From Myxococcales bacterium (GTDB taxonomy: Bacteria > Myxococcota > Myxococcia > Myxococcales > Anaeromyxobacteraceae): a stretch of 14,442 nt of DNA. The notes beneath the pieces were generated by a model. It searched no databases. It was not told the origin of the DNA and worked only from the letters and a program-made list of their open reading frames with translations. Position numbers and translations under genes: made by a program. Shown here in pieces: positions 1 through 9,950 of this stretch. The stretch's first letter is position 1; the number at the start of each line of letters is the position of its first letter. The stretch is taken from positions 1 through 14,442 of the forward strand of contig JBBQEB010000098.1 of the NCBI GenBank assembly GCA_038320275.1, written 5' to 3'.

Positions 1-806
1 CTGGCCTCGGTCTCTCGCGACTTGAACCTCCGCTGCCGCGCGATGAGCTCGGGGAAGTCCACCTGGTGGCCGTTGAAGTCCGGGCCCTCGACGCAGGCGA
101 ACTTCACCTTTCCGCCCACCGTCACGCGGCAGGAGCCGCACATGCCGGTGCCGTCCACCATGATGGCGTTGAGGCTCACCATCGTCTTCACGCCGAAGGG
201 CCGCGTCGTCTCGACGCAGGCGTTCATCATGGGCAGGGGGCCGATGGCCACCACGAGGTCGGGCTTGTCCTTCTCGCAGACCTCCTTCAGCGCCTGCGTG
301 ACGAACCCGGGCTTCCCGTAGGAGCCGTCGTCGGTGCAGACGATGAGGTTGTCGCAGTACTTCCCGAACTGCTCCTCCCAGAACACCAGGTCCTTGTTGC
401 GGAACCCGATGATGCCGGTGGTGCGATTGCCCGACGCCTTGAAGGCGCGGAGCTGCGGATAGACCGGGGCGACGCCGAGGCCGCCGCCCACCAGCACCAC
501 GTGGCCGTAGTTCGTCTCGGTGTGGGCGGGCAGGCCGAGCGGGCCGACGAAATCGAGGAAGCTGTCCCCCTCCTTGTAGTCGGCCATCATCTCGCGGGTG
601 GTCTTGCCCAGCGCCTGCACCACCATGGTGATGGTGCCCTTCTCCCGGTCGAAGTCGGCCACGGTGAGCGGGATGCGCTCGGCACCTTCGCGAAGCCGGA
701 GCATGACGAAATGGCCAGGCTGGGCCGCCATCGCCACGTCGGGGGCGAGGACCTCCCAGAGGAAGGTGACGTCGGAAAAAGCCTGGCGGCGGACGATCTG
801 GTACAT
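1..806 (-). CDS. nfnA: NfnA/SudB-like FAD/NAD-binding [2Fe-2S] subunit of NADH-dependent ferredoxin:NADP+ oxidoreductase (3' end outside window)
   Basis: Manual translation from ATG at 806: MYQIVRRQAFSDVTFLWEVLAPDVAMAAQPGHFVMLRLREGAERIPLTVAD...VGPLG...VGGGLGVAP...TDDGSYG...AIGPLPMM...IMVDGTGMCGSCRVTVGGKVKFACVEGPDFNGHQVDF. Contains the ERIPLT FAD motif, GGGxG NAD motif and DGxGMCGxC...C cluster motif. No stop before the window edge. Confidence 0.9.
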   Translation of the reverse strand, partial: MYQIVRRQAFSDVTFLWEVLAPDVAMAAQPGHFVMLRLREGAERIPLTVADFDREKGTITMVVQALGKTTREMMADYKEGDSFLDFVGPLGLPAHTETNYGHVVLVGGGLGVAPVYPQLRAFKASGNRTTGIIGFRNKDLVFWEEQFGKYCDNLIVCTDDGSYGKPGFVTQALKEVCEKDKPDLVVAIGPLPMMNACVETTRPFGVKTMVSLNAIMVDGTGMCGSCRVTVGGKVKFACVEGPDFNGHQVDFPELIARQRRFKSRETEA

Positions 807-896
807 GCGGGCGGAATCCTCGGGTGACCGGTTGAAAACGAGCTCGAGCCGTGGAGGGCAGAGTCTCGTACACGGCTACCGCAAGGGTCGTCAACC

Positions 897-913
897 TGCG
901 ACAATACGCCGCG
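897..913. promoter_or_regulatory. Candidate RegA/RegR/PrrA-type box just upstream of the putative nfnA -35
   Basis: TGCGACAATACGCCGCG fits GCG(R)C-N5-GNCGC; minus-strand TTGACG at 894-889 lies next to it. Confidence 0.35.
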
Positions 914-986
914 GCCCGCCTGGAAGGGGTAACACTTTGGGGAGGGATTCATTCCCCCCGGACGGGCGGGGAAAGGTCCCGCCGGA

Positions 987-1475
987 TCAGCGCGCCGGGC
1001 CCGACTTGACGTAGCGGATGCCAGCGGCGGTCGTGAGCGCCTCCCCGTCCTTCAGCGGCCCGGCATCGACCACGGTGCCCACCACGATGAGGTGGTCGCC
1101 TGCCTCGTGGACCGCGCTCACCTCGCAGTCGAAGTAGCAGATGGCGTCCTCGAGGATGGCGGCGCCGGTGACGCCCTCGTGCGTGGCGACGCTCCCGAGC
1201 TTGTCCTCTTCAGCCATCGTCTGACGGGCGAAGTGGCCCGCGAGGCGGCTCTGTCCGGAGCCGAGCACGTTCACGGCGAAGTTCCTCGTGCTGCGGAGGA
1301 AGTCGACGCTGTAGTGGTGGCGATCGGCCGCGAACATGAGCTGCGGCGGGTCGAACGACACGGGGCACAGCCAGGAGATGGTGAGCCCGTTCTCGGCGCC
1401 GCCGCGCCCCACGGTGACCACCGTCACCGGCAGCGGGAACCTCTGCAGCGTCTGCGCGAACACCTGTGGATCCAT
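987..1475 (-). CDS. Flavin reductase family protein (Flavin_Reduct / DIM6-NTAB type)
   Basis: RFPLPVTVVT, VSFDPPQL, FAVNVL, GAAILEDAICYFDCEV, EAGDHLIVVGTV motifs; GGAGG Shine-Dalgarno just upstream. Confidence 0.92.
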   Translation of the reverse strand: MDPQVFAQTLQRFPLPVTVVTVGRGGAENGLTISWLCPVSFDPPQLMFAADRHHYSVDFLRSTRNFAVNVLGSGQSRLAGHFARQTMAEEDKLGSVATHEGVTGAAILEDAICYFDCEVSAVHEAGDHLIVVGTVVDAGPLKDGEALTTAAGIRYVKSGPAR

Positions 1476-1604
1476 CCGACCCTCCGAAGTGAAATTGGTG
1501 TGGGAGCCTTGTACCCTTCAGGATGGCGGCGCGTCCCGCCGAAAGAGCATGGAATGCGCCCGGCCCCTCACCGGGCCGTGAAGGTTCTTGCGAAAGGCGC
1601 CGGG

Positions 1605-2453
1605 ATGAGGACGGTGTTGCTCCTGGCAGGTGGCCTCGCCGCGCTCGCGGCCCTCGCCATGTTCGGGCTGTCCCGAGCGGAACGCCGATTCCACGAGGGC
1701 TATCTCGGGCGAGCGGAGGAGGTGCGCCGCCTGGCCGGAGACCAGCCGCCGGGGCTCGTGACCGAGGACGACCTGCGAGGCCTGCCCGAGCCGGCGGCGC
1801 GCATGATCCGCCACGCCGGTGCGGTGGGGCGTCCGCGCGTGAGCGCCGTGCGGGTGGTGCACGGCGGGACGTTCAAGGCCTCTCCCAAGGGAGCCTGGCT
1901 CCCGATCCGGGGCGAGTACCTCATCACCACCGCGAAGCCCAGCTTTCAGTGGTACGGAACGGTGCGGATGGCGCCCGGCGTGAGCGTCGTCGCCTTCGAC
2001 TCCTACTTCGACGGCGTGGGCCGCATGCAGGTGATGGCCATGGGCGCCTTCGAGCTCGTCGACGCTCACGACGCCGACACCAGCGTCTCCGCCTTCGGCC
2101 GCTGCGTCGCCGAGCTCATCCTGGCGCCGACCTTCTTCCTCGATCGCACGATGGTGACCTGGACCGCGCTGGGACCGGACGCGGCCCGGGCCACAGTGAA
2201 CGACGGTCATCACACCACCGAGGCCGACCTCTTCGTCCGGCCGGATGGCGCGCTCGACCGCGTGGTGGTGACGCGCGCCTTCAGCCGGGCCAAGGGACAG
2301 CCCGCCACGCTGGAGAAGTTCACCGGAAAGGCCTCCGGCGAGCGCAGCGTCGGCGGGCGCCTCGTGCCGGCCCATCTGGACGGGAGCTGGAACCTCGCCG
2401 AGGGCGACCTGCACTACGTGAGCTTCGAGCTGGAGAGGGTGGCGTACGAGTGA
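1605..2453 (+). CDS. DUF6544-like protein with N-terminal signal/TM segment
   Basis: ATG at 1605 begins a hydrophobic N-terminus (MRTVLLLAGGLAALAALAMF); VTEDDLRGLPEPAARMIRHAGAVGRP, WLPIRGEY..PSFQW, AELILAPT, G-S-W-N-L-x-E-G-D-L-H-Y resemble this family; strong GC3 bias. Confidence 0.72.
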   Translation: MRTVLLLAGGLAALAALAMFGLSRAERRFHEGYLGRAEEVRRLAGDQPPGLVTEDDLRGLPEPAARMIRHAGAVGRPRVSAVRVVHGGTFKASPKGAWLPIRGEYLITTAKPSFQWYGTVRMAPGVSVVAFDSYFDGVGRMQVMAMGAFELVDAHDADTSVSAFGRCVAELILAPTFFLDRTMVTWTALGPDAARATVNDGHHTTEADLFVRPDGALDRVVVTRAFSRAKGQPATLEKFTGKASGERSVGGRLVPAHLDGSWNLAEGDLHYVSFELERVAYE

Positions 2454-2458
2454 GGGCG

Positions 2459-2490
2459 CCGGCCCGCGAGCGACCCGTCACGCGGGCCGG
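2459..2490. terminator. GC-rich inverted repeat after the DUF6544-like gene
   Basis: CCGGCCCGCG (2459-2468) pairs with CGCGGGCCGG (2481-2490); no U-tract. Confidence 0.35.
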
Positions 2491-2552
2491 TCGCCTGCGC
2501 CTGGAGGGGCCCGAAGTTAACAGAAACGTTCCACCCCCGGCCGGAGCCTCTC

Positions 2553-3359
2553 ATGCCTCGCCTCGCCGCCACGCTCGCCCTCGTCGCGCTCGCCTGCGCC
2601 GCGCACCGGGCTCCCGAAGACGCCGCCGGGGCCGCCCCGACGCAGGGTGGTGCAGCTCCCGAGGCCCGTGCCGGAGCGGCGTCGCCCGACTACGCCTCGC
2701 TCGTCGCCTCCCCGGACCGCACCGAAGCCGACAGGGCTCTCGACCACGGGAGGCGACCCGCGGAGACGCTCGCCTTCCTGGGCGTGAAACCGGGCATGCG
2801 CGTCGCCGAGCTCGGGGCGGGCGGCGGCTACACCACCGAGCTCATCGCCCGCGCGGTCGCGCCGAACGGCGTCGTCTTCGCGCAGAACTCGGCGGGACTC
2901 CTGGGCTTCGTGGGCCCGGCCTGGGCGAAGCGCCTGGAGCGCGCCTCCCTGCGCGACGTGGTGCGGGTCGATCGCGAGTTCGACGACCCGCTCCCGCCCG
3001 ATGCCCAGGGCCTCGACCTCGCGGTGATGAACGCCATCTATCACGACCTCGTGTGGATGAAAGCCGATCGGGCGCGGCTCCACGCGGCGGTGCTCGCAAC
3101 GCTGAAGCCGGGCGGCACCTACGTGGTCATCGACTCCAGCGCGAAGCCGGGGACCGGCGAGGCGGACGCACAGCGGCTGCACCGCATCGACGAGGCGCTG
3201 GTCCGCCGCGAGGTGGAAGCGGCTGGCTTCCGTTTCGCCTCGAGCAGCGACTTCCTGCGCAACCCAGGGGACACGCGCGACTGGAGCGCCTCGCCCTCGA
3301 AGGCGGGCGAGCGGCGCGGCACGAGCGACCGCTTCGCGCTTCGCTTCGTGAAGCCCTGA
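2553..3359 (+). CDS. Class I SAM-dependent methyltransferase (COG4798-like), probable lipoprotein
   Basis: DRALDHGRRPAETLAFLGVKPGMRVAELGAGGGYTTE motif I, YHD, LKPGG, HRIDE, LRNPGD, RGTSDRF; N-terminal MPRLAATLALVALAC; GGAG SD. Confidence 0.88.
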   Translation: MPRLAATLALVALACAAHRAPEDAAGAAPTQGGAAPEARAGAASPDYASLVASPDRTEADRALDHGRRPAETLAFLGVKPGMRVAELGAGGGYTTELIARAVAPNGVVFAQNSAGLLGFVGPAWAKRLERASLRDVVRVDREFDDPLPPDAQGLDLAVMNAIYHDLVWMKADRARLHAAVLATLKPGGTYVVIDSSAKPGTGEADAQRLHRIDEALVRREVEAAGFRFASSSDFLRNPGDTRDWSASPSKAGERRGTSDRFALRFVKP

Positions 3360-3521
3360 CAGCGGAGATCACTTGCTCGCGACGGGCTCAGACCGAGTGG
3401 GCTCCGCTTTGACAGGCTGAGCGGACGCGCCGCCCTTCGCTTGACCGGGCGCGCCGGCGGCTGCTACGAACCGCCCACGTCGCAGGCCCGCCCTCTCTTC
3501 CGGCCGGCGCCGCCCTCCACC

Positions 3522-5147
<1,626 letters not shown>

Positions 5148-5154
5148 GGACGCA

Positions 5155-5184
5155 GGTCCCTGCGACCGAACGGTCGCGCGGACC
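5155..5184. terminator. Hairpin between convergent prfC and vapC (possible bidirectional terminator)
   Basis: GGTCC-CT-GCGACCG-AA-CGGTCGC-GC-GGACC inverted repeat; no U-tract. Confidence 0.4.
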
Positions 5185-5220
5185 CCCGGGCCACACGCCT
5201 TGCACGACCGCCAGCCGCTA

Positions 5221-5655
5221 TCAGGGCTTCTTCGCCCGCGGCGGGCGCTTCGCCCGCGGCGGGCGCTTCGCCCGGCTCGCCAGCGTTGCGCCATCGACCC
5301 TCGCGAGCTTCCGATCGAACGTGCCCAGCGGTAGGTGACCCGCCTTTCGGGCGATCTCCAGGATGAGACAATCGGAGAACCCGAGCGCGGGGCGCCCCCG
5401 GAATCGCGCGAGCGCCCGGGCCACCACGTCGGCGTCCTGCAGGGTGAGGTCTCGATGCTCGAGCAGCATCCCGATCCCCGCGGCAAGCGCCTGCGGCGTC
5501 AGCCCGTAAACGGAATCGAGCACCCAGACCGTCTCCGCGAGCACGAGATGGGAGACCCAGCCGCCGCGCTCGACGAAGGCCTCCGCGAGGCTGGTCTCGT
5601 CCTCGGCGGCCGGCGAGAGCAGCCGGACCAGGATGCTCGTGTCAACGGCGACCAT
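5221..5655 (-). CDS. vapC: VapC-family PIN-domain toxin
   Basis: MVAVDTSILVR...VLAETVWVL...GFSDCLI...TFDRKL carries the PIN acidic residues; start overlaps the antitoxin 3' end by 14 nt. Confidence 0.9.
   Translation of the reverse strand: MVAVDTSILVRLLSPAAEDETSLAEAFVERGGWVSHLVLAETVWVLDSVYGLTPQALAAGIGMLLEHRDLTLQDADVVARALARFRGRPALGFSDCLILEIARKAGHLPLGTFDRKLARVDGATLASRAKRPPRAKRPPRAKKP
5230..5274. repeat. 18-bp tandem repeat (2.5 copies) encoding the RAKRPP tail of VapC
   Basis: CTTCGCCCGCGGCGGGCG at 5230-5247 and 5248-5265, partial copy 5266-5274. Confidence 0.9.
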
Positions 5656-5902
5656 GGCGGCGGCGCATGTGGGCGCGGATCCCGGCCTTGAAGTCGCCGC
5701 CATCGTGCGGCGCCGCACCGTCCGGGAAGAGCGCCGCGCGGAGGTCGGCGGACGAGTACCGCCCCGCCCTGCGAACGAGGATCGCCTCGCCGGCCTCATC
5801 CCACTCGATGAGGGACCCGGGCCCGAGCCCCAGGCGCCGGCGCACCTCGGCCGGGATGGACACCTGGCCCTGCGACGTCATCCGCGACTGCGCGATGGTC
5901 AT
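5642..5902 (-). CDS. vapB: AbrB/MazE/SpoVT-family antitoxin (VapB)
   Basis: SRMTSQGQVSIPAEVRRRLGLGPGSLIEW is a classic AbrB-fold N-terminus; directly upstream of a PIN toxin. Confidence 0.9.
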   Translation of the reverse strand: MTIAQSRMTSQGQVSIPAEVRRRLGLGPGSLIEWDEAGEAILVRRAGRYSSADLRAALFPDGAAPHDGGDFKAGIRAHMRRRHGRR

Positions 5903-5908
5903 GCGCTC

Positions 5909-5946
5909 ACATTACCCGGGTAAGGCGGTGCGGGCAACCCGCGGGT
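5909..5946 (-). promoter_or_regulatory. Sigma70-like leaderless vapBC promoter with palindromic operators
   Basis: TTGCCC (5937-5932), 17 bp, TAATGT (5914-5909), 6 nt, ATG (5902); palindromes TTACCCGGGTAA (5912-5923) and ACCCGCGGGT (5937-5946). Confidence 0.65.
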
Positions 5947-6034
5947 ACAGGGCGGCCGCGCCGAGGCCTGGCCTGCGTCCTCCCCCTCACCGGAGCTGCG
6001 AGCTTCATGCGGCCATGCAGCGGATCACGTCAGA

Positions 6035-6763
6035 TCACGGCTGCGGCGTGGCCGGAAGGGCGTCCGCCGTCACGAGAAAAATAGCCTTCCCCGGCCGTAC
6101 CCGGGCCGCCGGTAAGAGCGGCCCCTCCCCGCGGGCGCCGGCCAGCACCTCCGCCAGCGCGGCCCGCTTCTCCTCGCCGGCCACCAGGAAGACCACCTGG
6201 CGGGCCGCGTCGAGAGCGGGCAGCGTGAGCGTCACCCGCCGCACGCCAGCCTGGGGGGTGGCGGGCGCGACGGCGAAGCGGCTCCGTTCCTCCAGCGCCT
6301 CGCTCCCGGGAAAGAGCGACGCGGTGTGACCCTCAGAGCCCATGCCCAGGAGCACGAGGTCGAGGCGAGGCGGCACGCCCAGCTCCCGGCGGAGCGTGAC
6401 CTCGTAGCGCGCGGCGGCCTCCTCGGGCGGGCGCTCCCCCTCGATGCGGTGGATCGCCTCGCGCCGCAAGGGCACGCGCCCCAGCAGCGCCTCCCGCGCC
6501 ATGGCGAAGTTGGAGCGCGGGTCGTCAGGAGGGACACAGCGCTCGTCCCCGAAGAAGATCGCGGTGCGCTCCCATGGGAGCCCTTCGCGAGCGGCGAGCA
6601 GCTCGTAAGCACGCCGCGGAGTCGACCCTCCCGCGAGCGCGACCGCGAAGCGGCCCCGCGCCGAGATCGCCTCCGCCGCAGCCGCCGCCCACTGGTCGCC
6701 CACCGCTCCGGCGAGCGCCTCGGCGCCTCCGAGGACGCGCACCTCCGGCGGCGGCCCGTCCAT
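6035..6763 (-). CDS. pgl: 6-phosphogluconolactonase
   Basis: True start [10 protein letters not shown] at 6763 overlaps the zwf stop (TGATG); ALAGGSTP, FFGDERCVPPDDPRSN, DLVLLGMGSEGHTASLFPG, RVTLT motifs. Confidence 0.95.
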   Translation of the reverse strand: MDGPPPEVRVLGGAEALAGAVGDQWAAAAAEAISARGRFAVALAGGSTPRRAYELLAAREGLPWERTAIFFGDERCVPPDDPRSNFAMAREALLGRVPLRREAIHRIEGERPPEEAAARYEVTLRRELGVPPRLDLVLLGMGSEGHTASLFPGSEALEERSRFAVAPATPQAGVRRVTLTLPALDAARQVVFLVAGEEKRAALAEVLAGARGEGPLLPAARVRPGKAIFLVTADALPATPQP

Positions 6764-8310
6764 CAGCCAACCACCCAGCTCCGCCCGTCGCGGCGGATGA
6801 GCTCGTCCCCGGCGGCCGGCCCCCACGTCCCGGCCGCGTAGTTCGGAAAGTCGCGCGGATGGAGGGCTCCCCAGAGGTCGAGCACGGGCGTCGCGATCTT
6901 CCACGCCGCGCGAACCATGTCGGCGCGATGGAAGAGGGTCGTGTCGCCCACCAGCACGTCGTAGAGGAGCCGCTCGTAGCCGGTTGCGCTCGCCTGCTCG
7001 CCCATCGCCGCATAGTCGAAGGAGAGGCGCACGTCGCGGAGGCGGATGGCGGCGCCGGGCTCCTTGGCCTTCACCTCGAAGCCAATCGACTCCGAAGGCT
7101 GGATGTGGATGTGCAGCCGGTTGGGGGCGATGTCCTCCAGCCCGACCTTGGAGAAGAGCTGCAGCGGCGGGCGGCGGAACTGGAAGGCGATCTCGGTGTG
7201 GCGCGCCGCGAGCCGCTTGCCGGAGCGGACGTAGAAGGGGACCCCCGCCCAGCGCCAGTTGTCGACGTCCAGCCGGAGCGCGGCGTAGGTCTCGATCCCG
7301 GAGGTGGGCGATACCTTGGGCTCCTGCCGGTAGCCCACGACCGGTCTTCCGTCGATCGTTCCGGGCCCGTACTGCCCGCGCACGGCGTTCCGCAGCACGT
7401 CCTCCGGGCGCATGGGCCGGATGGCGTCGAGCACCTTCACCTTCTCGTTGCGCACCGCCTCCGCCGAGAGCGACGAGGGCGGCTCCATGGCGACCAGGGT
7501 GAGGAGCTGGAAGGCGTGGTTCTGCACCACGTCGCGCAGCACGCCCGCGCTCTCGTAGAACTCGCCGCGGCCCTCCACGCCCAGTTCCTCGGCCACCGTG
7601 ATCTGCACGTGATCCACGTAGCGGCGGTTCCAGATGGGCTCGAAGAGGCCGTTCGCGAAGCGGAACACGAGCAGGTTCTGGACCGTCTCCTTGCCTAGGT
7701 AGTGATCGATCCGGAAGATCTGCTCCTCTCGCAGCACCTTGTGCAGCTCGGCGTCGAGGGCGGCGGCCGAGTCGAGGTCGCGCCCAAAGGGCTTCTCGAT
7801 GACCACCCTGCGCCAGCCCTTCTCGCTCCTGGCGAGCCCCGCCGCGCCGAGCCCCTTCACGATGGGAGCGAAGGCCGTGGGAGGGGTGGCGAGATAGAAG
7901 AGCACGTTGCCGCCCGTGCCGAGCCGCTTCTCCGCGTCCTCGAGCCGCTCCGCCAGCCTGGCATAGGCCGCCGGGTCCTCGAACTGGCCCTGTACGAAGA
8001 AGAGCCGCTCGCGGAAGTCGGCCCAGCCGCCGTCCACGCTGGCGGCGCCGCCGTGCTCCCGGACCGCGTCCTCCACCACCTTCCGGTACCCGTCGTCCCC
8101 GTTGTCGCTGCGGCCGAAGCCGATCACCGCGAAGGACGACGGCAGCAGGCCGCCGGTCCGGAGGTGGAGGAGTGAGGGAAAGAGCTTGCGCCGGGCGAGG
8201 TCGCCGGCGCCGCCGAAGATGACGATGGCGGCTGGGTCTGCGGGGGCGGCGAGCGGGGAAGGTGTGGCTGGGGCGACGGCTCCCGCCGGAACGGGTTCGG
8301 GCTCGGGCAT
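6763..8310 (-). CDS. zwf: Glucose-6-phosphate 1-dehydrogenase
   Basis: [19 protein letters not shown] (NADP-type Arg), [45 protein letters not shown]. Confidence 0.97.
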   Translation of the reverse strand: MPEPEPVPAGAVAPATPSPLAAPADPAAIVIFGGAGDLARRKLFPSLLHLRTGGLLPSSFAVIGFGRSDNGDDGYRKVVEDAVREHGGAASVDGGWADFRERLFFVQGQFEDPAAYARLAERLEDAEKRLGTGGNVLFYLATPPTAFAPIVKGLGAAGLARSEKGWRRVVIEKPFGRDLDSAAALDAELHKVLREEQIFRIDHYLGKETVQNLLVFRFANGLFEPIWNRRYVDHVQITVAEELGVEGRGEFYESAGVLRDVVQNHAFQLLTLVAMEPPSSLSAEAVRNEKVKVLDAIRPMRPEDVLRNAVRGQYGPGTIDGRPVVGYRQEPKVSPTSGIETYAALRLDVDNWRWAGVPFYVRSGKRLAARHTEIAFQFRRPPLQLFSKVGLEDIAPNRLHIHIQPSESIGFEVKAKEPGAAIRLRDVRLSFDYAAMGEQASATGYERLLYDVLVGDTTLFHRADMVRAAWKIATPVLDLWGALHPRDFPNYAAGTWGPAAGDELIRRDGRSWVVG

Positions 8311-8333
8311 CGGGCGCTGTATAACTGCGGCGC
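8311..8333. promoter_or_regulatory. Candidate bidirectional -10 element between divergent zwf and RIO kinase
   Basis: 23-bp gap with a single AT-rich core TGTATAACT: + strand TATAAC (8320-8325) 8 nt before ATG 8334; - strand TATACA (8323-8318) 7 nt before ATG 8310. Confidence 0.55.
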
Positions 8334-9590
8334 ATGGTCGACGCGCTCACTCCTCTCCTCGCCGACGGCGTCGTCGACGAGATCCTCGTGCGGCTCAAGA
8401 GCGGCAAGGAAGCAGACCTCTACCTCGTGCGCCACGGCGCGGAGGTGGTCGCCGCCAAGGTCTACAAGGACCGCGAGACGCGCAGCTTCCACAACAACGC
8501 CCTGTACAAGGAGGGCCGCCAGGTCCGCGACACGCGCACCCAGCGCGCCATGGCGAGGGGCAGCCGCTTCGGACAGGCCGCCGCCGAGGGCGAGTGGAAG
8601 GCCAAGGAGTCGGAGGTGCTGCACAAGCTGCACGCCGCCGGCGTCCGCGTCCCGGCCCCGGTGCTGTTCTACGAGGGCGTCCTGCTCATGGAGGTGGTGC
8701 TCGACACCGACGGGCGGCCGGCGCCGCGGCTGGTGGACGCGGACGTACCTCGCGATCGCGCGGCCGAGTGGTACGCGGACCTGCGCGGCCAGATGACCCG
8801 CATGCTGTCCTGCGACCTCATCCACGGCGACCTGTCGCCCTACAACGTGCTCGTGGCCTGGAACGGCCCCACCGTCATCGACTTCCCGCAGACGGTCGGG
8901 GCCGCTCACAACAGCCAGGCCCGCGCCTTCTTCATGCGCGACTTCGAGAACATCCACCGCTACTTCGCGGCGGTGGACCCCGCCCTCGGAGCCCGCGAGG
9001 GCGATGGGCGAGAGATCTGGCGCGCGTACGAGCGGCGGGAGCTCTCGCCCGAGTTCATCCCCACCGGTCGCGCGCCCCCCGAGCCGGGAGGACGGGAGCG
9101 GCGGCCGGGCGGAGGCGATGCGCGGCCCCGCCGTGGACGGGGCGACCGGGGAGGGCCGCGGAACGAGCCCAAGGCCAGCGCCCCGCAATCGGCTGCGGCG
9201 GCGCCTCCGCGGCAGGAACCCGCGCGCGGCTCGCCTCCCCCGATGGCGAGCGGCCCGAGGCACGATCGCGCGCGCGGCGCGACCCCCTCGGTGGCGTCTG
9301 CCCCGCGACGCGACTCGACGCGGGGCGCGCAGCAGACCACCCCCGCTGCGCGCCAGCGCGAGCCCGCCCGCAGCCCTCCGACCCCGCGCCAGCCTCCCCA
9401 GGATGGGCGCCCAAGTCAGCCGCGGCCCCAGCCCGGCTCGAGGCCGTCCGGACCTTCCCCCGCCCAGGCCGCCCGCGCCCCATCCACCCCCGCCCAGACC
9501 ACGCCCGCCCAGGCGACGACGCCAGGCACCGCGCCGCCCTCGGCGCGCCGCCGGCGCCGCAGGCGGCGCCGCCCGCCCACGCCGGCGTGA
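8334..9590 (+). CDS. RIO1-like atypical Ser/Thr kinase/ATPase with C-terminal low-complexity tail
   Basis: [27 protein letters not shown] catalytic loop, IDFPQ metal-binding loop; after ~residue 245 a Pro/Ala/Arg-rich tail ending [15 protein letters not shown]. Confidence 0.9.
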   Translation: MVDALTPLLADGVVDEILVRLKSGKEADLYLVRHGAEVVAAKVYKDRETRSFHNNALYKEGRQVRDTRTQRAMARGSRFGQAAAEGEWKAKESEVLHKLHAAGVRVPAPVLFYEGVLLMEVVLDTDGRPAPRLVDADVPRDRAAEWYADLRGQMTRMLSCDLIHGDLSPYNVLVAWNGPTVIDFPQTVGAAHNSQARAFFMRDFENIHRYFAAVDPALGAREGDGREIWRAYERRELSPEFIPTGRAPPEPGGRERRPGGGDARPRRGRGDRGGPRNEPKASAPQSAAAAPPRQEPARGSPPPMASGPRHDRARGATPSVASAPRRDSTRGAQQTTPAARQREPARSPPTPRQPPQDGRPSQPRPQPGSRPSGPSPAQAARAPSTPAQTTPAQATTPGTAPPSARRRRRRRRRPPTPA

Positions 9591-9950
9591 CGCGAGGTGA
9601 CCGCGGGACGAGACGACCGGGGGTGATTCGGGACGATGTGAAGGGGTGTGAATTGCGGGGAGTAGCTCAGAAGGGAAGTTCACCCATCGATTGCGCTGAC
9701 TGCGAAACGAAAGCGAGGCCATCGCTTACGGTGAGCTCCTCGACCGCGCCAACGAGCTCGGCCGAGCGGCCGAACCAGAAGTTCGCAACACGGCTCTCGT
9801 CACGGGGAGGGCTGGCTCCAACAGCGGCCGTCGATCTCTCGGTTCATCGCCGTGTCGGCGGTCTCCATGTCGCCTCAGCTGCAGCCCACACTTTCTTTTC
9901 CGGCGAGCAGGAGTACGAGTCCAGTCGCAGGACGGGATACCCTGGGTGTT

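Noticed and set aside
22..952. Plus-strand ORFs 22..321 and 66..827 and minus ORF 587..952
   Set aside because: Shadows or alternative frames of the real minus-strand nfnA gene.
3409..3470. TTGACA (3409-3414) and TTGACC (3441-3446) upstream of prfC
   Set aside because: The first has no -10 at proper spacing; the second pairs only with a weak TACGAA at 18 bp; too uncertain to call.
6764..8407. 790-aa ORF 6035..8407 suggesting a long N-terminal extension or zwf-pgl fusion
   Set aside because: Only the last 242 aa are Pgl; the rest is an off-frame reading of zwf. TGATG coupling at 6761-6765 gives a normal two-gene arrangement.
9656..9670. CGGGGAGTAGCTCAG resembles the 5' end of a tRNA (Pro/Gly-like) at the island boundary
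   Set aside because: No D-loop completion, anticodon arm, TpsiC arm or acceptor partner follows; att sites usually duplicate tRNA 3' ends; no second copy in the window.
9667..9870. Short protein-like frames (minus ...SMGELPF*, plus LRNESEAIAYGELLDRANELGRAAE, minus METADTAMNREIDG)
   Set aside because: Interrupted by stops, lack good starts and match no family I recognise; may be a further gene relic but the strand cannot be decided.
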